In this document: positions 48,272-58,813 of the stretch, piece after piece | Position numbering within the stretch: the stretch's first letter is position 1 | Layout: the number at the start of each line of letters is the position of its first letter | NCBI GenBank assembly: GCA_963718665.1 | Contig: OY970359.1 | Span: forward strand, 1,888,001-1,952,000 | Source of the DNA: an uncultured Phycisphaerales bacterium | GTDB lineage: Bacteria > Planctomycetota > Phycisphaerae > Sedimentisphaerales > Anaerobacaceae | Direction of reading: 5' to 3' | Length of the DNA stretch: 64,000 nt | Program-made: the position numbers and the translations under genes | Notes under the pieces: generated by a model | The model's database searches: none | Told to the model about the DNA's origin: nothing | The model's input: only the letters and a program-made list of their open reading frames with translations

Positions 48272-50725
48272 ATGCCGGAAAACAAGCGTTATGGTTACTT
48301 CGATAACAAAGCCAGGGAATTTGTCATCACCAGGCCCGATACCCCCACGCCATGGATAAATTACCTCGGCTGCCAGGATTACCTCGGCATCATATCCAAC
48401 ACCGCGGGCGGCTACAGCTTCTATCGCGACGCCCGGCTGCGACGCCTGCTGCGATACCACTATAACGCAATACCCAAGGATAACCCCGGCAGATACATCT
48501 ATGTCTGCGACGGCAAAAAGACCTGGAGTCCCGGCTTCAAACCCGTGAAGACAAAACTCGACGATTACAAATGCAGGCACGGACTCGGCTACACGGTGAT
48601 TGAAGGCGCACTGGATGGTCTGAGGGTCTCGACAACGTATTTTGTTCCAATCGACACCAACGCTGAAATCTGGTCTGTTGCGATAACCAATGAAAGCCGC
48701 AAATCGAAAGATATTGACCTGTTCAGCTATGCGGAGTTCTGCCTTTACGATGCCCTCGATGATGCCACCAATTTTCAGCGAAACTGGAACATCGCGGAAA
48801 TGGAAATCGAGGGAAGCTCGATATTTCACCGGACAGAGTATCGTGAACGCCGCAATCACTATGTTGGTTTCTGGTGCAGCGAGAAAATAGCCGGTTTTGA
48901 CACAATGCGGGACGCCTTCCTTGGCCGGCTCAATGACTATGGCTGTCCAGATGTCGTAAAACGTCGTCAGGCGACCAACAGCATCGCGCACAGTTGGCAG
49001 CCGGTCGGCTCGCACCAGGTTAAACTGTCCCTCAAGCCGGGCCAAACCAAACGCCTGCATTTTGTCTTGGGTTACGTCGAAAACCCGCAGCAGGAAAAAT
49101 TCTCATCCCCGGGCGTTATAAATAAAAAGAGATTCTACGAAACAATCGCAGGGTTAAAAACCGCCGGCCAGATTGATGCCCAGTTGATGAAACTCAGAAA
49201 CTTCTGGGCGGACGCACTTTCCGGCTATCAGGTTAAAATCGACAACGAGCACGTCGAGCGAATGGCCAATATCTGGAACCAGTATCAGTGTATGGTAACG
49301 TTCAATCTTTCCCGTGCGGCCAGCTCATTCGAGACGGGTGTCAGCAGGGGGCTTGGCTTCCGTGATTCGAACCAGGACATACTCGGGTTTGTTCACATCG
49401 TTCCCGAACGCGCCCGCCAGAGAATAATCGACCTTGCCTCGACGCAAAACCACGACGGCTCGTGCTATCACCAGTATCAGCCGCTGACCAAGAAGGGTAA
49501 CGCCGCCGTGGGCACGGGTTTCAGCGATGACCCGCTCTGGCTGATTGTCTCGACTTCCGCCTATATCAAGGAAACCGGCGACTGGACGATTCTTAACGCT
49601 TCCGCCGGCTATCAGGATGTTCCCGGCAGCGGAAAAAGCACGACGATGATGGACCACCTGCACCTTTCGATGAAACACGTACTTGATCTCCGCGGCCCTC
49701 ACGGGCTGCCCCTGATTCAGCACGCCGACTGGAACGACTGCCTCAACCTCAATTGCTTCAGCAACAACCCCGGCGAGAACTTCCAGACCTCAGGCGATAT
49801 CGAGGGCGGCAAGGCCGAATCTGTAATGGTCGCTCAACTGTTCGTTTACGCGGCAAAAGAATTGACGGGTCTGCTTGAGCATCTTGGTCAAAAAGACAAG
49901 ATTGCTGAATATGCCCGCCAGGCGGATGATATGCGAAAAGTCATTCTAAAGCACGGCTGGGACGGCAAATGGTTTATCCGCGCTTACGACCATTTCGAAA
50001 AGCCCGTTGGCTCCAGTGTCTGTGATGAAGGGAAGATTTTCATCGAAACACAGGGTTGGGGTGTTATGGCCAAAATCGGGCTCGATGACGGCAAAGCGAT
50101 TGCTGCGCTCGACAGCGCATGGCAATATCTCGCGGATGCTAATGGTATGGTTCTTAATCAGCCCGCCTTCACATATTACCAGGATCGCTTAGGCGAGATT
50201 ACCTCTTACCCGCCTGGCTACAAGGAAAACGCCAGTATTTTCTGCCACAATAACACATGGGTCATCATCGGCGAAACAATCGTCGGCAGGGGCGACAAGG
50301 CCTGGGAGCTTTATGCGCGAATATGCCCCAGCACCAAGGAAGACAAAGCCGATGTTTATAAGTGCGAGCCGTATTGCTTCGCGCAAACAATATCGGGCCA
50401 CGACAGCCCGTTACCGGGCGAAGGAAAGAATTCCTGGCTTACCGGAACCGCTTCCTGGAGCTTTACGGCGCTGGCGCAATATATCCTCGGCGTCAGGGCC
50501 GAGCACGACGGGCTTAGGATTGCCCCGTGTATTCCGCCTGACTGGAAAAAATTTACTGTTACTCGCAAGTTCAGAGGGGCGACATATAAGATAAAGGTAT
50601 TGAATCCCGACGGCGCAATGCGAGGCGTAAGGAAAATGTTAGTCAACGGCAAAGAAGCCGCTGGCAATGTCGTCGGCGTATTCAAGGCAGGTAGCATTGT
50701 AGATGTCGAAGTTCGATTAGGATAA
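48272..50725 (+). CDS. GH94 glycoside phosphorylase (cellobiose/chitobiose phosphorylase-like)
   Basis: PDTPTPWINYLG, GFRDSNQD, DWNDC, KENASIFCH, NSWLTGTA. Confidence 0.9.
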   Translation: MPENKRYGYFDNKAREFVITRPDTPTPWINYLGCQDYLGIISNTAGGYSFYRDARLRRLLRYHYNAIPKDNPGRYIYVCDGKKTWSPGFKPVKTKLDDYKCRHGLGYTVIEGALDGLRVSTTYFVPIDTNAEIWSVAITNESRKSKDIDLFSYAEFCLYDALDDATNFQRNWNIAEMEIEGSSIFHRTEYRERRNHYVGFWCSEKIAGFDTMRDAFLGRLNDYGCPDVVKRRQATNSIAHSWQPVGSHQVKLSLKPGQTKRLHFVLGYVENPQQEKFSSPGVINKKRFYETIAGLKTAGQIDAQLMKLRNFWADALSGYQVKIDNEHVERMANIWNQYQCMVTFNLSRAASSFETGVSRGLGFRDSNQDILGFVHIVPERARQRIIDLASTQNHDGSCYHQYQPLTKKGNAAVGTGFSDDPLWLIVSTSAYIKETGDWTILNASAGYQDVPGSGKSTTMMDHLHLSMKHVLDLRGPHGLPLIQHADWNDCLNLNCFSNNPGENFQTSGDIEGGKAESVMVAQLFVYAAKELTGLLEHLGQKDKIAEYARQADDMRKVILKHGWDGKWFIRAYDHFEKPVGSSVCDEGKIFIETQGWGVMAKIGLDDGKAIAALDSAWQYLADANGMVLNQPAFTYYQDRLGEITSYPPGYKENASIFCHNNTWVIIGETIVGRGDKAWELYARICPSTKEDKADVYKCEPYCFAQTISGHDSPLPGEGKNSWLTGTASWSFTALAQYILGVRAEHDGLRIAPCIPPDWKKFTVTRKFRGATYKIKVLNPDGAMRGVRKMLVNGKEAAGNVVGVFKAGSIVDVEVRLG

Positions 50726-50779
50726 CAGTGTGTGAAAATAAAACGCGATTTAATTGCCAGGCGGCGAAGGAAATGTTCG

Positions 50780-52543
50780 ATGAAACTTGACCCGACGAAG
50801 ATGAAAAATTGGGAAATAGCCGAGGCGGCTGAGAACAATATCAAATCGATTTTCCAGTTGGCCGAAGAGATAGGGCTGCAAAAGGACGAATTGCTTCCGG
50901 CAGGGCATACTTTGGGCAAAGTCCACTTTACAAAGGTTCTCGACCGGCTTAAAAACGCCCCGACGGCCAAATATATCGATGTTACCGCCATCACACCGAC
51001 GCCTTTCGGCGAAGGCAAAACTACGACGACCATTGGTCTGATTCAGGGCCTTGCTAAATGCGGCAAGCGACCAACCGGTGCAATTCGCCAGCCAAGCGCA
51101 GGCCCGACCTTCAATGTCAAGGGCGGCGCCGCCGGAGGCGGTCTCTCGCAATGCCTTCCTCTTATCCCGTTTTCAATCCGCCTGACAGGTGATATAGATT
51201 CAGTTACAAATGCTCATAACCTGTGTATGGTTGCGCTGACCGCCCGAATGCAGCATGAAAAAAACTACGATGACGAACGGCTCGCGAAAAGAAACCTGCG
51301 ACGGCTCGATATCGACCCCGATTCCATACAAATCGGCTGGGCGATTGACCTTTGTGCCCAGTCGCTTCGCAATATAAGAATAGGTCTGGGCGGTAAAAAC
51401 AACGGCTTCGAAATGAATTCCGGCTTCCAGGTAACCGTATCCAGCGAAGTTATGGCTATCCTCGCGATTTCGAAAAATCTCGCCGATTTCCGGCAGCGTC
51501 TCGCAAGAATCGTGGTCGCCAGGGACCGCAAAGGCAATGATATAACAGCCGCGGACCTCGAGGTGGATGGGGCAATGACCGCCTGGATGCTCGATGCACT
51601 TAACCCCAACTTGCTTCAGACGATGGAAGGTCAGCCGATATTTGTTCACGCAGGCCCCTTTGCCAATATAGCCATAGGCCAAAGCTCGGTAATCGCCGAC
51701 CTCGTCGCAACAAAGCTGGGTGATTATCACGTAACCGAAAGCGGCTTCGGTACCGACATCGGCTACGAAAAATTCTGGAATCTTAAATGCAGAATTTCCG
51801 GGCTTAAACCCGGCGCCGTGGTCATTGTCGCGACCGTTCGCGCCCTGAAAATGCACGGCGGCGGCCCCCCCGTCAGACCAGGCGCCCCTCTCAGTGAAGA
51901 ATACACAAAAGAGCATCTCGACCTGCTCGAAAAGGGCTGCGAGAACCTGATGGCCCACATTGACATAGTGAAAAAAAGCGGCATCAGGCCGATTGTGTGT
52001 ATAAATAGCTTCAGCGCAGATACTAAGGCCGAGCACAAGCTCATCAAAAAAATCGCTGAGCAGCAGGGTGCAATCGCGGTTGTTTCCGAACACTGGCTCA
52101 AAGGCGGCGAGGGCGCAATTGAGCTGGCACAGGCCGTGATTGATATGTGTGAGCAGAAAAACAACTTCAAATACTTGTATGATTACGAATTGCCCCTGCG
52201 AAAACGGATAGAGCTGATTGCCAAAGAGGTTTATGGCGCCAACGGCGTTTCGTATTCCGAAGTAGCGCTCGAAAAGCTAAAATCGCTGGAGGCAAATCCG
52301 GCGACGCAGAAGTTTGGTTTGTGTATGGCAAAGACGCACCTTAGTTTGTCTTACGACCCGGAATTCAAGGGACGCCCCATCGGCTGGCAATTGCCCATCA
52401 GGGATGTTCTGGTTTACAAAGGCGCGGAATTTATTGTGCCGCTGGCGGGCGAAATCAAGTTGATGCCCGGCACAAGCTCGGACCCGGCCTTCAGAAGAAT
52501 TGACGTTGACGTGAATACCGGTAAGGTAAAAGGATTGTCCTAA
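50780..52543 (+). CDS. fhs: Formate--tetrahydrofolate ligase
   Basis: [45 protein letters not shown]. Confidence 0.95.
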   Translation: MKLDPTKMKNWEIAEAAENNIKSIFQLAEEIGLQKDELLPAGHTLGKVHFTKVLDRLKNAPTAKYIDVTAITPTPFGEGKTTTTIGLIQGLAKCGKRPTGAIRQPSAGPTFNVKGGAAGGGLSQCLPLIPFSIRLTGDIDSVTNAHNLCMVALTARMQHEKNYDDERLAKRNLRRLDIDPDSIQIGWAIDLCAQSLRNIRIGLGGKNNGFEMNSGFQVTVSSEVMAILAISKNLADFRQRLARIVVARDRKGNDITAADLEVDGAMTAWMLDALNPNLLQTMEGQPIFVHAGPFANIAIGQSSVIADLVATKLGDYHVTESGFGTDIGYEKFWNLKCRISGLKPGAVVIVATVRALKMHGGGPPVRPGAPLSEEYTKEHLDLLEKGCENLMAHIDIVKKSGIRPIVCINSFSADTKAEHKLIKKIAEQQGAIAVVSEHWLKGGEGAIELAQAVIDMCEQKNNFKYLYDYELPLRKRIELIAKEVYGANGVSYSEVALEKLKSLEANPATQKFGLCMAKTHLSLSYDPEFKGRPIGWQLPIRDVLVYKGAEFIVPLAGEIKLMPGTSSDPAFRRIDVDVNTGKVKGLS

Positions 52544-52566
52544 TCACCGCTAAGCCGGAGAAAACA

Positions 52567-53457
52567 ATGACCGCAAAGATAATAGACGGAAAACAAATCG
52601 CCGCGGATATGCGGGCAAAACTCAGGGCTGATGTCGCCGCCCTTGCCAAAAAAGGTGTTGTGCCGGGACTCGGCGTTATTCTCGTCGGCGATGACCCCGC
52701 CTCGAAATCCTATGTTACCGCCAAGCAGAAGGCCTGCGAGGAAATAGGCATCTATTCCGATGACAATCGCCTGTCCGCTTCGATTCCTCAAAACCAATTA
52801 ATGGCGCATATCAATCGGCTCAACAACGACCCCCAAATCCACGGCATATTGACACAGTTGCCTCTGCCGAAACACTTCGATGAGTTGGAAGTGTTGATGG
52901 CAATCGACCCCGCCAAAGACGTGGATGGGTTTCACCCGATAAACGTAGGCAAAATGGTAACCGGTCAAAAAGCGTTCCTGCCCTGTACCCCACATGGCGT
53001 CGTTCAGCTCCTCATTAAAAGCGGCGTCACAATCGAAGGCGCAAACATCGTCATTGTCGGCAGAAGCAACATCGTCGGCAAACCGCTGGCAAATATACTC
53101 ATCCAGAAAAACCCCCTCGGTAACGCCACCGTAACTGTATGTCATACGCGGACCAAAAACCTCGCGGAGCATACAAAAAGAGCGGATATTGTTGTTGCCG
53201 CCGCTGGTCATCCAAATACCATTACCGCTGATATGATTAAAGATGGCGCGGTAGTCATCGACGTGGGCGTTAATCGCGTTGAGGACTCAACGAAAAAAGC
53301 CGGCTATCGTCTTGTTGGCGACGTGGATTTTGAGAACGTAAAAGAAAAGGCCTCCCTCATAACCCCCGTTCCAGGCGGCGTAGGCCCTATGACAATTACA
53401 ATGCTCCTCTACAACACCGTCGAATCCGCAAAGCATGCGGCTGGTCTGCTGAAATAA
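52567..53457 (+). CDS. folD: Methylene-THF dehydrogenase/cyclohydrolase
   Basis: [32 protein letters not shown]. Confidence 0.97.
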   Translation: MTAKIIDGKQIAADMRAKLRADVAALAKKGVVPGLGVILVGDDPASKSYVTAKQKACEEIGIYSDDNRLSASIPQNQLMAHINRLNNDPQIHGILTQLPLPKHFDELEVLMAIDPAKDVDGFHPINVGKMVTGQKAFLPCTPHGVVQLLIKSGVTIEGANIVIVGRSNIVGKPLANILIQKNPLGNATVTVCHTRTKNLAEHTKRADIVVAAAGHPNTITADMIKDGAVVIDVGVNRVEDSTKKAGYRLVGDVDFENVKEKASLITPVPGGVGPMTITMLLYNTVESAKHAAGLLK

Positions 53458-53458
53458 T

Positions 53459-54688
53459 TTACTTCGTAATCCTCAACTGTTCCCTGTCTGGAAGTTTTGG
53501 AAATGGCCCGTGCGGCTCGGTCTGATACCAGAAGGCGACGGAGGAAATATCATCCTGTAATGGCAGATATTTGCCGCCGTCCTGCCAGCCAAGCGCCTGT
53601 ATAGTCACTTTCAGATTTTGCTCGAACCTTATCGGGTCCATAATGTGCCAGCGATATAGCGCAAATCTCGGCTGGTCCTTCGGATTCAAAGTCGTTCTCT
53701 CTTCGATAAATTTGCCGTTTTCGTAAACTTTCGTCTTTCTTACGGGTTTGCCCTTCGGGTTAATTATCTGAGGCATGCCCGCGTATGGGCCGCTGAACGT
53801 CTGATACCCGCCTCCTTTGGGATTGTCAAATCCGTATGAGCCGCAGAAATAATCTTCTGTCCCGGTTCCGCATATTGTTGGGAATTCCGTGTCACCATCC
53901 ATATAGAATTTTATTTCCCCTTCTCCCCACCAGCCGGGGCTGTTTGCTCCCCAGGTCATGTATGTCCCCACGTAATGCCCTTTCCCGACTATGCCGTCAA
54001 CGATGGTGTAAACTTCTTGGAATGGAACGAGATTGACCCTGCGAAACTGTGCGTGAAAATATCCTGCCGTTTCGCCTATGTCGGCAAGGCAATAAGTAAT
54101 CTCATAATATAACGTCATCTGATTTTTATCCAGGTTGGTCACGGTCATTTTGCAGCTTTTCCTGAAGGGCATAGGCCAGTAGCAGTTGAACCCGCTCTTG
54201 GGATTGACGCATATCGTAAGCGAAGTGACCTGTGCATACTCGCCCATGCCGCATGCAAAAAAGTCGCCAAGGGGACACTCCACAGAAGGGGCCTCTTCGC
54301 CGTCCCAGTAGATTCGCAATATATTCAAGCGGTCGTTTCCGGCTGGTGTCATCCAGATATGCTGAATAGAACCGCTGCCGTTTATGTTTGCCAGCAGAAA
54401 CGTCTGGCCTGGTTTGATATTGACATACGGATTTACTTTCCAGCCCTGTCCCAGGTCGCCGGCGGCGTGAGACGCCGACCCCCCGCCTAATTTCGCCATT
54501 CCGCCTTTGCCTTTTTCGCCCGTCGGGTTCTCCGGCCCTATCGACCGCGTCTTTGCGTTAGATAAAAGCGCGAGATTTCCCAGCCCCGTATCGAACCAGC
54601 CGGGATTTGATTCGGCGCCTTTCGCAAGCCACGTTGATGCCAGCAACGCTACAAGAACAAGACCTGTTTTTGCGTTTGAATGTTTCAT
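53459..54688 (-). CDS. DUF2961 / GH172 family protein, secreted
   Basis: ENPTGEKGKGG, WWGEGE.KFY.DGD, GTGTEDYF, YRWHIMDPIRF, SVAFWYQ. Confidence 0.88.
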   Translation of the reverse strand: MKHSNAKTGLVLVALLASTWLAKGAESNPGWFDTGLGNLALLSNAKTRSIGPENPTGEKGKGGMAKLGGGSASHAAGDLGQGWKVNPYVNIKPGQTFLLANINGSGSIQHIWMTPAGNDRLNILRIYWDGEEAPSVECPLGDFFACGMGEYAQVTSLTICVNPKSGFNCYWPMPFRKSCKMTVTNLDKNQMTLYYEITYCLADIGETAGYFHAQFRRVNLVPFQEVYTIVDGIVGKGHYVGTYMTWGANSPGWWGEGEIKFYMDGDTEFPTICGTGTEDYFCGSYGFDNPKGGGYQTFSGPYAGMPQIINPKGKPVRKTKVYENGKFIEERTTLNPKDQPRFALYRWHIMDPIRFEQNLKVTIQALGWQDGGKYLPLQDDISSVAFWYQTEPHGPFPKLPDREQLRITK

Positions 54689-54713
54689 ATACCACCCCTT
54701 TTCCAAAAAAAAT

Positions 54714-55721
54714 TTAATGAGAAGATGCGTAATGTCCAAGCACCTTGATATTTTCTAAAGGCGTATCACGCGTTACTTCGCAGCCGGCCCCGACTATGAA
54801 ATTATCGCCCGCTTCTTTGTGGCAAATCTCAACCGCCTTGTAAATCTCCTCAGGCGATGCGTCTTGTAACACCGATACTGGGTTGATATTTCCGCAGATG
54901 ACTTGCTTCGCCCCCATTTTTTCCCTGGCCAGCGATACGGGGGAGGGATAATCCAGGTCAATCATTTCCGCCCCGAGCCGACCCATCCTTTCCAGAATCT
55001 TCCGCGTGTCCCCGCATATATGCAGCCGGACAGCCGCGCCGAGTTTGTGAATGCCGTCCACCAGTCGCTTCTCGTATGGCCACACAAACTCCTCATATAT
55101 CTTAGGCCCCACCAATGACGCCGCGGCATCCCCTATTCCCATCAAATCCACGCCTGCCTCTATCTGTGCTTTGGCAAATCTCAACCCAAGTTCCGTCGCG
55201 AACTCAAACAGCTCTCTCACAAACTCGGCATCCTCGAAAAAATCCGTCATTATCGTATTGATGCCCCGTAAATCCGCTCCCTCTGCGCAAGGGCCTTCAA
55301 TCCATCCCTCGATAATCTTGTCTTTACCGGCTTTTTCTTTGAATAGAGCTGCTGCTTTTACCCTGTCGTGCATCCGCCCGCCTCCCAGCGGGTCCGGCAT
55401 CTTCAGTTTTGCCAATCTGCTTTTATCGGCAAGCAGGGCGTTACTTTCATCGATATCAGGGGGTGTTTCCTCGTGAAAAATAATCGCCGCGTTGCAATCC
55501 GCTGCCTCGCGTGTCGGGTCCGAAATGCACCCGACGTGGTCAAAGCCGAATTCCTCCGCTACCCGCAACTGCCCCTTTACCAGCACACGGTAATCCGTTG
55601 CATAATCGTAGTATTTCCTCCCAATGCGGCCCGCCGCGAATTGCATCGTAATCGGCATACAAGGCAAGTGGTCTGGCCGTCTGTGTCCCAAAACCGCAGC
55701 CACCCTTTCCCGACTCGTCAT
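54714..55721 (-). CDS. Uroporphyrinogen decarboxylase family protein (MtaA/CmuA-like methyltransferase)
   Basis: MTSRERV, EGP, LHICG, GNINP, GAGCE (Zn ligands HxC...C). Confidence 0.85.
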   Translation of the reverse strand: MTSRERVAAVLGHRRPDHLPCMPITMQFAAGRIGRKYYDYATDYRVLVKGQLRVAEEFGFDHVGCISDPTREAADCNAAIIFHEETPPDIDESNALLADKSRLAKLKMPDPLGGGRMHDRVKAAALFKEKAGKDKIIEGWIEGPCAEGADLRGINTIMTDFFEDAEFVRELFEFATELGLRFAKAQIEAGVDLMGIGDAAASLVGPKIYEEFVWPYEKRLVDGIHKLGAAVRLHICGDTRKILERMGRLGAEMIDLDYPSPVSLAREKMGAKQVICGNINPVSVLQDASPEEIYKAVEICHKEAGDNFIVGAGCEVTRDTPLENIKVLGHYASSH

Positions 55722-55748
55722 TTTTATTTCCTTGCCGGCGAACAGTTC

Positions 55749-57464
55749 TTATTGCCCTTTTACATTCATTTGTATTGAGTAAAAGGAATCTCTGGCGGTA
55801 ACAAACAGCGTTTTGCCGTCTTTTCCGCCGAAGCAGAGATTTGAAGTCGAATTGGGGACGCTGATATAACCGATTTTTTTGCCTTCCGGGCTGACGATGT
55901 TGATGCCTTTGCCTGACAGGTCCGTAAGATACAAATTGCCCATCTCATCGAGTTCTATGCCGTCGGCGCCGATGGGGACAAACAGTTTTTTATCATATAA
56001 TGTGCCGTCATCTTTGACTTTAAATACAAATGTTTTGCGTCCTGAATAATCGGCGACGTACAGCAGTTTGCCGTCTTTTGTACCGACGATGCCGTTGGGG
56101 CCTGTCATATCCCCCACGACAATAATGGGTTCCTTCGAATCAGGGGGTAAATAGAAAACGTAACTGCCGTCCAGTTCCGATTCGCCTTTCTTATAGCCGG
56201 GGTCTGTGAAGTATATGCCGCCTTTTTTGTCCCGCCAGAGGTCGTTAGGGCTGTTGAGCTTTTTGCCTTTGTAGTTATCGCAAAGAACGGTTGCATTGCC
56301 GTTTGTGTCAATGCGGGTGATTCTCCGGCTGCCGCCCTCGCAGGCGTAGAGGTTGCCCTTATCGTCGATATCAAGGCCGCTTGTGCCGCCTGAATTTTCT
56401 CGGAAAGTTGATAACTTCTCATCGACAGACCATTTATGAATTCTATTATTCGGTATGTCGGCGAAATAAACATTTCCCTGTGCATCAGCTATTGGCCCTT
56501 CGGTAAAATTGAAATCGCCCGCAAGTTTCTTAACTTTTGCATCTGGTGCGACGACGGATTTTGTCTCTGCTGCGGCGGGCCAGACAACACCCTTGGTTCG
56601 CATTTTTACCGCGTAAAGCGATTTTGACGCGGTGATGAAAAGGGTATCCATGTCTTTGCCGCCGAAACATAAGTTGCCGGTCCACGGCTCGCGTATGTTG
56701 ATATGCTCGATTTTTTCTCCCGCGGGATTGAAAACAGTTACGCCATTACCGGTAAGATACACATTGCCCTCGTTGTCGATTGTCATTCCGTCGGAACCCA
56801 TTTCGCAGAACAGTTTTTTATTTGAAAGTGTGCCGTCGGGGTTGATTGTATAGACGTATGTCTTGCTTGCGCCGATGTCGCCCACGTAAAGCAGCTTGCC
56901 GTCGGGCGTACCGACTATGCCGTTGGGCGCAACGAGGTCATCCGTAACGCGAATCAGCGTTTTGCGGTCGGGGGTGAGGTAATAGACGTGCTGGCCATCC
57001 ATTTCCATATTGGGATCTGTCCACCAGCTTCTTCTATAGTATGGGTCTGTTATGTATAGGCCGCCATTGGGATGCCGCCAGAGGTCGTTTGGGCCGTTGA
57101 GCTTCTTGCCCTTGTATTTTTCGACAAGAACGGTCATTTTACCATTGGGGTCGAAGGAAACGAGCCGGTTATGCAGGTCGGCACAGGCAAGCAGCGATAC
57201 TCCGTCGGCGTCGAAACGCATCCCGTTTGAGCGTTCACCTCCGGTCAAAAAGACCGACAACTTCCCTTCAGTTGACCAGATATAGATTTTGTCGTTTGGC
57301 TGGTCGGTAAAATATACATTGCCCTTGGGGTCGGCGGCAGGGCCTTCGGTGAAGGCAAAAACATTGCTGAGTTTTTCTACATTCGCGTCGGGGGCAACTA
57401 CCCCGGCCATAGCAACAGAGCTCAAAGACAACAGTATAATCGTGGTTATGGAAATGGCTTTCAT
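55749..57464 (-). CDS. Secreted SMP-30/gluconolactonase protein with two tandem domains
   Basis: FTEGP...LNGPNDLW...PNGI...SDG appears twice (second copy FTEGP...LNSPNDLW...PNGI...ADG). Confidence 0.88.
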   Translation of the reverse strand: MKAISITTIILLSLSSVAMAGVVAPDANVEKLSNVFAFTEGPAADPKGNVYFTDQPNDKIYIWSTEGKLSVFLTGGERSNGMRFDADGVSLLACADLHNRLVSFDPNGKMTVLVEKYKGKKLNGPNDLWRHPNGGLYITDPYYRRSWWTDPNMEMDGQHVYYLTPDRKTLIRVTDDLVAPNGIVGTPDGKLLYVGDIGASKTYVYTINPDGTLSNKKLFCEMGSDGMTIDNEGNVYLTGNGVTVFNPAGEKIEHINIREPWTGNLCFGGKDMDTLFITASKSLYAVKMRTKGVVWPAAAETKSVVAPDAKVKKLAGDFNFTEGPIADAQGNVYFADIPNNRIHKWSVDEKLSTFRENSGGTSGLDIDDKGNLYACEGGSRRITRIDTNGNATVLCDNYKGKKLNSPNDLWRDKKGGIYFTDPGYKKGESELDGSYVFYLPPDSKEPIIVVGDMTGPNGIVGTKDGKLLYVADYSGRKTFVFKVKDDGTLYDKKLFVPIGADGIELDEMGNLYLTDLSGKGINIVSPEGKKIGYISVPNSTSNLCFGGKDGKTLFVTARDSFYSIQMNVKGQ

Positions 57465-57638
57465 CGTATAATCCTTTCAGATAGTTCTAAAAACGGCATT
57501 CAAAAATACCATCACTTTGGGTTACAGTAAAGGCATATTATTTCGGGGATTTTCAGGGATAAGTTTGACAATGGCCGCATTATAACCAAACATGTTGGAT
57601 TAGGCGGTGTTGTTATCCCGAACCATTCAAACGGCGGG

Positions 57639-58760
57639 CTATTCCTGCTGCGGCTGGGGGGTGACATCCATCAGTTCTTTATCTTCCGGCTGGGGCTGGG
57701 CTGGTTTAGGGGTTGCAAACAGTTCAGCGGAGGACTTTGTGAGGTCTTCGGCGCGATAAGCAGGTATCTGATATACCCACCCTTTGTGTTTTTCAGAGAA
57801 TTCCTCGGCTGCGTCGCGTGCGACCAGCTTCGCTTCTTTTATCTTCAACTGCTCATCCGATTCGACCTCGCCCTGTGTTTTTGTTACAGGGGTTTTGTCG
57901 GCAAACTGGGCGTCGCATTTGGCAAACCAGGTGTTGCCGTCTTTGGCGAGCCAGACAGTGTAAACGGTGGAGTCCTTCAGCCGACAAAGGTATCTTCGGT
58001 CAAACTGCAAACCCTGCCTTGATGATTCGGCGTTGACGTCTTCAAAGCTCAGGCCAGCCAAAACGGTGAAAACCTTGTTGGCAAAATCATTGTTGAGCTT
58101 TTTATCTTCGGCCATATTTTCAAATATAACGGTTTTGTCGTCGGGACCGGGCCTCAGGATGTATGTTTCATTGGGGCAGCTTACAGTTATCGAGTTGATG
58201 TCCTCTCTTTTTACGTTGATAAGCTCCGGCGAGACATAATCACCCGCCTGCTGTCTGATGGCCGGTATCTGTGTCGCGGATACATATACCTTGTTGTCCC
58301 CGACCCGCCTGACATAGCCGATGCCCTGTCCCTCTACTTTTTGTTTGCCAATAATAATGCCGGTAAGCAGTGACGAGTCGGCTTTATAGAATTTCACCAG
58401 GATATGCGATTTATCTTCGGTGACGCCGAGGTCTTTATGGTTTTCGGGATTGTCCGTGTAAAGCTCGGATGTTTGAATATCCAGGCAGGTGGTGATGAGC
58501 TTGTTAATTTCGCTGGTCAGGGCCGGGTAGTTATCAAGATTGGCAATAACGAAATTGGCTCCTCGCCGATTGAAAATCACTTCCTGGCCCGGCTTTCCTA
58601 TTGTGATTCTGGCGACCTGGTCAGGGTCGAGACCCTGTATAAGATAGGCGATTTGATTTTTCCTGGTGTATGGCTTGTCGGCGATTCCGGCAACAATGAC
58701 CGCCAGGGCTACCACGGCAGCCGCCGCCAAACCAAGTATCGACAGATTACGATTACTCAT
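57639..58760 (-). CDS. DUF4340-domain protein
   Basis: N-terminal TM, last gene of a GldA/F/G-like operon, YVRR..D..VY motif. Confidence 0.75.
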   Translation of the reverse strand: MSNRNLSILGLAAAAVVALAVIVAGIADKPYTRKNQIAYLIQGLDPDQVARITIGKPGQEVIFNRRGANFVIANLDNYPALTSEINKLITTCLDIQTSELYTDNPENHKDLGVTEDKSHILVKFYKADSSLLTGIIIGKQKVEGQGIGYVRRVGDNKVYVSATQIPAIRQQAGDYVSPELINVKREDINSITVSCPNETYILRPGPDDKTVIFENMAEDKKLNNDFANKVFTVLAGLSFEDVNAESSRQGLQFDRRYLCRLKDSTVYTVWLAKDGNTWFAKCDAQFADKTPVTKTQGEVESDEQLKIKEAKLVARDAAEEFSEKHKGWVYQIPAYRAEDLTKSSAELFATPKPAQPQPEDKELMDVTPQPQQE

Positions 58761-58813
58761 ATAACTAACTCCTGTTTATTTGCCACGTATTGACTCGACC
58801 GACTCTGTCAAAA

